Source of the DNA: Bugula neritina
Lineage: Eukaryota > Animalia > Bryozoa
Reading direction: 5' to 3'
Assembly: GCA_964035545.1 (NCBI GenBank)
Contig: OZ037767.1
Span: forward strand, 10,860,581 to 10,924,580
Length of the DNA: 64,000 nucleotides
Part shown: positions 29,331 to 64,000 of the stretch, piece by piece
How positions within the stretch are numbered: position 1 is the first letter of the stretch
Layout: every line of letters starts with the position of its first letter
Program-made: the position numbers and the translations under genes
The notes under the pieces: generated by a model
What the model was told of the DNA's origin: nothing
Databases searched by the model: none
Seen by the model: the letters and a program-made list of their open reading frames with translations, nothing else

Positions 29331-29530
29331 AGCTATAGCAATGTAGATGTCGTTTTTATTCCAATATACTCATTTACTTTTGATAACTTGTAAACTTTTA
29401 GCTTTACTTGTAACTTTAATTTTAGCTTTCGAGTTGGAAATACGCGAACACCGAACTGGTGATCAATTCCTGATTGATTCATAGCAGCACTTCGTCACGT
29501 GACTGGTCTAAATGCCATGTGCGCACAATA
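29331..29530 (-). promoter_or_regulatory. Probable CDC42SE promoter and non-coding first exon
   Basis: Locally CpG-richer patch with palindrome GTCACGTGAC (29494-29503) and TGTGCGCACA (29518-29527); minus-strand donor GCT|GTAAGT at 29330. Confidence 0.45.
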
Positions 29531-30757
29531 GTCTGAAACATTTAGATAATCGGAAAAAACACATATTAGGTAAGACAACTCTAGCGTTCACATAGAAGAC
29601 ATAGTTTTTGCTAAACTGGTGTAGAGTTTATATTCGAAATTCTCACTCTCTGAGCAGTTTTTGGTATGTTATATAGTCCTATTTTTACAGTTTTGCCCGT
29701 TTCAATGCAGTTTCAACGTTTTAATATCATGTAATAAGAGAAAAATTGAGGTATTTTAAGGCTTACATATCAAAACAATCAAAGTTAGAAATACGTTACC
29801 AAAAAAAGTTGTCCTACTATATTATAATCTAAAATATGATCTGGCAACTGCAATAAGCTTTAAAAGCACATTCTAAATCGAATTTAAGCTCAAGTTGCAT
29901 AATTGATAAAGTTACTTTAAATACTTTAAAATCGTCTTAGCTCAACAATTAATTACGTTCAATTTTTGAAACAAATTTGCAGTTTAGGCAGTTTGCACTT
30001 GATTGAGGGTGGGAATTTTTTTATGTAGGTAACTTCATTCATGAATATTTTAGAAAGCAACTGTGGCTAAGTTTGTTGAAATTTAGTCTACTCATAAACA
30101 GAGCTCAGCTTGTGAATAAAACCTATCAGGGATTAGTTACTATATCAAAAGTACCTATTTAAGTTGTTAAATATTGCTTCTGCATCCCTAACATAGCCTT
30201 AGAGACAAAGTCTATAGCCTGTGCGAAAACCCTCACAGTTGGAGTAGTACAGAAAACATGACTGCTAATTTAAGTGGATTATTCTCAATTCGAGCTGCTT
30301 TGACTGGTATTCCAACTATTTCAACACAATTACGTTCTTATAAAATTTGAGCAGCTTAAACAGCTGAATCTAAAATAGTTTTTGTGGCTTAAATGATCAA
30401 GTTTGGAGTTTTATAAATTTGATTTACGCTATTTTGAAAAAATTATACTCAAAGGTTTGATGAAACGTTTTAAACGATCATCTGTTACAGAGTGGACAGA
30501 AAGCTAACTGCTTGCATCAAGTTTAATTACAAGAAAGAAAAGTCTCCACAAATGTTGAAACAATTCTGAGACCCAAAAAGTGAAATTCAAAACCAAGCAA
30601 TGAGACATATGTAAAAAATTTCTATTTATAATATTATGCATTTTCTGTGGAGTTTTATTGCTGATGTAGGTGTGTGAAATTTCTAAGAAATGGTGTGAAT
30701 TTAGCAACGTAATAATTATGACTGCTTATGACGTTTAACTAACGATGAAACACCTCA

Positions 30758-30916
<159 letters not shown>

Positions 30917-30945
30917 GAAATAAAATGAGATTTGATTAATATAAT

Positions 30946-31006
30946 GGCATTTATTACTAGTAGTTTCGTACACAAAAACGATGTGCACTCGTCAGATAAA
31001 TTTGCC
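30946..31006 (-). ncRNA. Type I hammerhead ribozyme (PLE pLTR, inverted copy)
   Basis: GGCAAATTTAT CTGACGA GTGCACA TCGTTTT TGTGTAC GAAA CTACTAG TA ATAAATGCC on the minus strand. Confidence 0.85.
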
Positions 31007-31464
31007 ACTATGATTGTTTACAACTATAAATAATGTAATATGTAAATATACACAGAATAAAGGCATTCAAGGCAAGATACTACAACCACCTTGCTTCCTT
31101 CAGGCACCCAACCAAGCGCTTGCAAACTAAGTTGGGCAAACACATCTGGACCTTAAAAGACAAAGGTCTGGATTTTTCTATATCCTGGAAAATTCTCAGA
31201 AAAGCCCAACTATACAACATCACTAAAAACTGTCAGCTATGCTTATGGGAAAAATATTTCATTCTTTATAAGCCACAGTTGTCTTCCCTCAATAAGCGCA
31301 ATGACTTTTTATCCATATGCAGACATAGTAGTAAATTTCTGCTCAAGAATGTTGTAACATAGCCAATTACTTCCAATGCTACCTCTTTGTTATATTTTGA
31401 TCTTCTAGCTATATTCTGTGTATATTTACATATTACATTATTTATAGTTGTAAACAATCATAGT

Positions 31465-31527
31465 GGCAAATTTATCTGACGAGTGCACATCGTTTTTGTG
31501 TACGAAACTACTATAGTAATAAATGCC
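31465..31527 (+). ncRNA. Type I hammerhead ribozyme (PLE pLTR)
   Basis: Stem I ATTTAT/ATAAAT (plus GGC/GCC), core CUGACGA 31476-31482, 7-bp stem II, GAAA 31504-31507, 4-bp stem III, GUA cleavage triplet 31516-31518. Confidence 0.88.
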
Positions 31528-31623
31528 ATTATATTAATCAAATCTCATTTTATTTCTTCTAATGTTTATGCTCTAGATTTATTTCTATAAAGCACTCTAG
31601 TAACGTTTTATAAACACTCATTT

Positions 31624-31691
<68 letters not shown>

Positions 31692-31693
<2 letters not shown>

Positions 31694-31880
31694 TTCTGTG
31701 TACAGCAGCTGTTTCGGGACTTGTCCCCTCATCAGCACAGAACAGAGTACCATGGCCCACACCTTCGCAATAGTAGGAACTTATAGTTTTACTAAAGCAT
31801 ATTTAAAAAGTGTGTAAAACCAAGCCAGAGAGCTCAAGTAACTCTAGGGGTCACCTTAGAGTCACGAGCTTTGCTAAATA
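31692..31880 (-). mobile_element. Retrozyme-like repeat, 5'-truncated copy with hammerhead (31695-31741, GUA triplet)
   Basis: Reverse complement of the 36602-36872 unit; flanked by (TA)n on both sides. Confidence 0.9.
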
Positions 31881-32386
<506 letters not shown>

Positions 32387-32399
32387 CAAATATATATCT

Positions 32400-33140
32400 A
32401 TACGAGCTAGCAATTTAATTACGCATGTAAATAAATATACGAGAAACATTGTTGTTTTATTACTTTATTAGACAAAGTAATTACACTTATATTTTGGGCA
32501 CCACTGTGCCCATCTTCAGAGTAGCAATGAATGATTGAAATTCAAAAATTATTATATTACGTTAAACACTATGCATGAAACAAAGAATAGGGAGTGGAAG
32601 TTATTGTAAATTATTGAATCTGAGGGAGATAATCTTGTTTTATATATTACACAAATCAAAAATTATACTGATTTCTTTGCACATAAAAAATAAATTAGAG
32701 TTGAAAAAAAATAGATATCCGAACATAAAAACAGCATGGATTAGTGAAACATATGTGAGAGTTAAGTATTGTAGAACTTATTGGTATAGTTTTAGTGGTA
32801 TACAGAGTAATTTTGTTTATTAAGGTGAGGTTTTATTTGTTTAATGTAGAGAGCTTCGGCTAATTTTCGATGGTGGATTCTTTTAAATGAATGATTCAGA
32901 ACTGTTATGTTGTCTATTGATGTGCCTCCGTGGTTAGTAGTGGAGATATGTTGATAAATTTTCGAATTGATGTCATGGCAAATGGCAATGTTCATTTATC
33001 CTGTGTGATAGGCAACGTCCGGTTTGCCTATATAGGTTTGTTGACACGAAGCTTCAGTGCAGGTTATTGTTGTGTTGTGTAAGTGTTCTTTATTAGTTTT
33101 GTCTTTGAGGTTGAATTTTAAGAGAATAGTTGCGCTATGA
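32400..33140 (-). mobile_element. Degenerate Penelope-like element 3' end (second family)
   Basis: Frameshifted CQQTYIG / TGRCLSHRINEH / HQH...RKLAEALYIKQIKPHLNKQ GIY-YIG remnants; 3' region has a mutated minimal hammerhead CTGAAGA-TGGGCAC-AGTG-GTGCCC-AAAA (about 32485-32523) and AATAAA. Confidence 0.75.
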
Positions 33141-33844
33141 AGAATATTAAATTATGTTGGCGTATAATGTGAATAATTCTTATTGTTCCATCCAGCATCA
33201 ATGCCACTGTTGCAAGGCTTGCTAGCATAGCATAACAAATATTTATGCAATAATCCTCTACAGAGTTCGTGGAAAATAGAGCTTCATGTTTTATGTATAA
33301 ATTTTTAATGCTTCTAAAATTGGATTAATTCATGGAAAACTAAACCACAGGAGTGGGACAATTTTCAAGTGCATAATATTATGCAGTGCAACTAAGAAGA
33401 AATTAGTAAACTGATGTGAAACAAAAATTAGGCCTTTGCAAAGTTACATCAACTTTTTCAAACAAAACAATCTATTCATTCATATTTAAAAGTTTTGCCA
33501 CACTATTTTATTTACCTTTTATGCTGCCTATGCTCTTAAAATTTTACAAAAAAATGCTTTTGAAGTTTATTATCTTTTTTGTTAATAAATTAAATAATTA
33601 TTTTGCTATATGATCACATTAATCAATTTATTTAAAACAATTGTGTAATAAAAAATGTATAACTAGATGACATAGAGCAGTTTGACTTACTATAGATTTT
33701 ACAACACGATATTACTTTTTGTAAATGATAAGCATTTATATACCCGTAATGACTTGTTTTTCTATTATACATATATCATCAGTTTTACTTAGCAAATAGT
33801 TATGCCTATATTGGTAACCAAAACTGAAAAATAATTTTTGTCAG

Positions 33845-35676
33845 CTAATTTACTAATTGAAGGCCGTGCACCTCTAATTCATAGATATTAAGGTGGTTAC
33901 TCTCACATATCTACCATGCATTCTAGTATGACATGTAACTAGGAAAATGTTGTCTGGTGGTTTTCCAGGAAGGTAGTCACAGATCTCCACTTCTGGTGGA
34001 TTAGCAAAGTTGGTGTCAGTTTCACCTATTACTACTCTTACATTCTTTAATCTATTGGCGACTGCAAAAAAGCAACACAACTTTTTAACTCTAAATGTTA
34101 TTTTGTAAAATTATATGAAGCCATTGTAATATATCATCTTGAAAGTCGTGTAATTTTGCATAGAATAAAGCTGTAATTTAGCAACAAATGGTTACGATAC
34201 GAAGACATTAGCACAAATATAACATTAAAATAACCATATAATATTACTAATTCCAGTAACAGTTTTTAAGTAATGAATTTCATGATCAATCCAAATAGTT
34301 TTCTTGTTGAATAAAAAAGGCTTTAACATTCATCTAACTTCAAAATGCAGTTTCAACATTTAAATTCAAGTGGAGACAACATAGCTATAGCCTTGCAAAA
34401 CCAATATATTAACCAATAACGGCATGTTGCAAAAACTCGTATTTTGTTAGTAATTGCTTATAAATACTAACATAAAATCATTGCAGGCCTATAAATGCAT
34501 TTTTTTACTAAAAGTAAAACTTAGCATAAACATCAAATCTGCTATTTCATACCAAAAGTATGATTTACATACCAAGATTATTGAGTCCAAGTCGATTCCA
34601 AATCTTCACACCGTAGATGATGTGAGACATAGCTAAGTCAACTTGTATCCATGGGGAACAAACTTTAGCTGTAATGGCAACACTATATTCCTCACCTAAG
34701 CCGTGTTCTGATGGAAGATATATACCATCTACAGCTTTACCAGCTACATAGTTACCTGAATGATGAGAATTGGATAGTTCGGCTGTTTTATCTAAAAATT
34801 GATTACCAATTTTGAGTAGAGTAATTATATTTATTTTGTTTTTGTTCTAAGACAAGGAATATAAGAAGAATTTATAAGAATATATAAAAATACAATTACA
34901 AGGTTAGCTTGCCTCTTGCCAACAGCGTTGTAAAGTTGTACACTTTTAGATTTTCAGCAAATGCTGTATTAACAGACGTCCTTCTGATAGACTCACGATA
35001 ATCGATGACAACAATTGGTTTATCAGAGAGCTGACAGGAGTAAGTAGTGTTGTCGTATGACACAGCGGCACAGGATTGGTTGATTCCACAGACTGAGAGG
35101 CAATGTTTATATGTTGGTAAATATATACTTCGAGTATGTTGAAGCACATCCGTGAATGTCTGTTCCATGTAAATGCCATCACCTGCAAACAAACGAGGTT
35201 TGTGAATGAACTATTCTTTCCTATGAAAATATGTTGTTTGTAATAATAAATTTTAACTCAATTTTTGGCTGAATAAAAAGTAGTATATTTTATATTTGAA
35301 TTTTGTTATTTTGCAGGCCTATCTGAGAAAAAAGCTCTTGCAAAGTCTCTTTAAGACTTATTAAGCTGCCACATAACTTTTATACACTCCTAAACCAACA
35401 GGTGAAGGTTAATTTGATGAATAAACAATGTGCCCCAAGACTACTTTGTGTTTGTCAACTAAACTAAACTCAATTTAATTTTAAATCACAGCTTTATTAT
35501 TCCCGATATTAGTTAGTCACCCTTACTGCATATAGTGAGTTACCCTGAAGAACTTAAACGGATATGGTGAGAAACAGTGAGAAACGGTGAGAAACTGTGA
35601 GAAACTTACTGCACGATGAGTCAATTAAAGGTGTCAGGTTCAGCATTAACAAAAGTAGAATCCAAGGATGCCTCAT
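33845..35676 (-). CDS. Secreted PAN/apple + F-type lectin (F5/8C-like) domain protein; exons 35676-35610, 35182-34913, 34791-34573, 34061-33874/33845; last exon frameshifted
   Basis: Signal peptide MRHPWILLLLMLNLTPLIDSSC; PAN motif CLSVC..NQSCAAVSY....CQLS; FTLD motifs AGKAVDG, PWIQVDL, VKIWNR, GRYVR; all introns phase 1; the canonical ending LNIYELEVHG lies in a shifted frame. Confidence 0.85.
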
Positions 35677-35899
35677 CTTCAAGTGAACATACATATGTTG
35701 TACAGAACAACATAATATCACATTTGCATGTAGTGAAAAACCTATGTCACATTATATTATGCGTTTGTTTCTGAATTTATTGATTTTCAATACTTAGTTT
35801 TGTCTACTTGTAATTTATTAATGACTGGAAGTTGACAGTTCGTTTGCTAAAAAAGTTGTGAATTATATGCATGCATCAAAGTTATACATTCAACAGCTT

Positions 35900-36330
35900 C
35901 TCATAAATGCTAAAAAGGCACCTGTAGGTGAAGAAGCTAAGCGCTTTCATGATGAGGCAATTGAGAGACATAATGGCTGTAAAATTGTATAAAAAAATTA
36001 CAAATGAAGAGATACTATGACGTGCCAACTTGCCAAGCATGACTGACATTCTTATAGAAAAGAACCTGAGATGGTTAGGCCATATGCGCACGATGGAAGA
36101 TAGCCGGCTACTAAAACAATTGCTCTACTCTCAGCTGAAGGACGGAAAAAGAAATAGAGGGCGACCTGGACTGAGACTTAAAGATGTTGTTAAAAGAAAT
36201 ATAAAATGGTGATTATTCAACTTGATTTCCTGGCAACAGACGGTTGACAACAGAGTTGCATGAAAAACTGCAACCAAATTCAAGCTGAATCCATGAAACA
36301 GTCATATTCGTATCGACTGACTGCAAGAGA
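35900..36330 (+). mobile_element. RTE-clade LINE 3' fragment
   Basis: ITNEEIL...LRWLGHMRTMEDSRLLKQLLYSQLKDGKRNRGRPGLRLKDVVK, the typical post-RT tail, with stops. Confidence 0.85.
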
Positions 36331-36340
36331 GATGTACATA

Positions 36341-36461
<121 letters not shown>

Positions 36462-36560
36462 TCACTTGAGCACTCTGGCTTGAGTTTACACACCTTTTAA
36501 ATATGCTTTAGTAAAACTATAAGTTTTACTATTGCGAAGGTGTGGGCCATGGTACTCTGT

Positions 36561-36607
36561 TCTGTGCTGATGAGGGGACAAATCCCGAAACAGCTGCTGT
36601 CCACAGA
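36561..36607 (+). ncRNA. Type I hammerhead ribozyme (retrozyme-like unit)
   Basis: TCTGTG CTGATGA GGGG ACAAA TCCC GAAA CAG CTG CTG TC CACAGA: all conserved core nucleotides and three stems; predicted cut after C36601. Confidence 0.93.
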
Positions 36608-36831
36608 TTGAGATAATACGCTTTCATTTAATGCTCAGCAATGACATTAAATGATTGAGCACTCTCACCATGGTCACAAACTCAAGCTGCTAGCATTTTG
36701 CAATGCTCGTGACTCCTAGGTGACCCCTAGAGTCACTTGAGCACTCTGGCTTGAGTTTACACACCTTTTAAATATGCTTTAGTAAAACTATAAGTTTTAC
36801 TATTGCGAAGGTGTGGGCCATGGTACTCTGT

Positions 36832-36878
36832 TCTGTGCTGATGAGGGGACAAATCCCGAAACAGCTGCTGTCCACAGA
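36832..36878 (+). ncRNA. Type I hammerhead ribozyme (retrozyme-like unit, second copy)
   Basis: Identical to 36561-36607; predicted cut after C36872. Confidence 0.93.
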
Positions 36879-36880
36879 TT

Positions 36881-36934
<54 letters not shown>

Positions 36935-37370
36935 TGTATATGTACGTACGTATGTATGTATGTATGATGATTTAGCATGTAATAATATGTCTAAGCAGCC
37001 CATTGTGCTTGTAGTGAATAGAAATAAAATGTCTAAATTTTTTTCAATACCAAAATTCAAAGCTTATTTTAACTGCTTTTAAGAAAGCGACAATAGAATT
37101 GTGAAATAAAAAGGGGTCTTTGTCATGTTGTATGTAACAAGCAGAAGTTTTTATTCATGCTCACCGATTCATTTACCTTATAAACTATAGTTACATGAGA
37201 TATAAGGCATTGGAACACCTCAGCATTTCTAGCTTAGCAAACACTACTTCAAAGTGATACACAGAGCAAGCAATTTTTGAGAGTTCAACAGACTCATATT
37301 CTGACTCAAAACTCATCTACCTCAGGGAAATACTTACTTCAAAAAGTATTTATTTACACCTTCACAAGGG

Positions 37371-63794
<26,424 letters not shown>

Positions 63795-64000
63795 GTAAAC
63801 AGATACTTATTATATAAAGTTTCTGCATTACGATCATTAGTTGTGGTGCGTGTTATGTTATTAGTTATATTATCATTATATGTTATATATATTTGCAACA
63901 CAAATTATTTTTTGTAAGTCAATGTAAACTATTCTGTATTTCTACATTCATGTATTTTTCAATTGCACCTTTATGTTTTGTACCTACTTGATATAACATT

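Overview
AT-rich, intron-rich animal genomic DNA, probably a lophotrochozoan invertebrate (inference from gene and repeat types). Four host genes can be assembled exon by exon with consistent splice phases: a 2-exon orphan class-A-like GPCR (-, 14807-17622); a 3-exon CDC42 small effector CDC42SE/SPEC (-, 22211-25223); a 4-exon secreted PAN/apple + F-type-lectin-like gene with a GC-AG intron and a terminal frameshift (-, 33845-35676); and a >=21-exon ADAMTS-like M12B metalloprotease with a mucin stalk and repeated SEA-EGF modules (+, 37371 to beyond the window end). Two mobile systems stand out. (1) A 271-nt, highly base-paired, non-coding repeat carrying an intact type I hammerhead ribozyme (retrozyme-like). 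It has five intact cores, is always inserted in (TA)n tracts, includes one 1.6-mer that could release a unit-length RNA, and lies next to Penelope-like element remnants with their own hammerheads. (2) A full-length Ty3/Gypsy (Mag-like) element in an intron of the protease gene, with identical 159-bp LTRs, a tRNA-Ser PBS, an in-frame UGA-CUA gag/pol junction, and an intact non-env third ORF (3 zinc knuckles, NLS-like motifs, coiled coil) directly behind a strong splice acceptor. The rest is MITEs, tRNA-derived SINEs, LINE and Gypsy relics, and simple or tandem repeats. All calls are from manual reading; no searches or folding programs were run.
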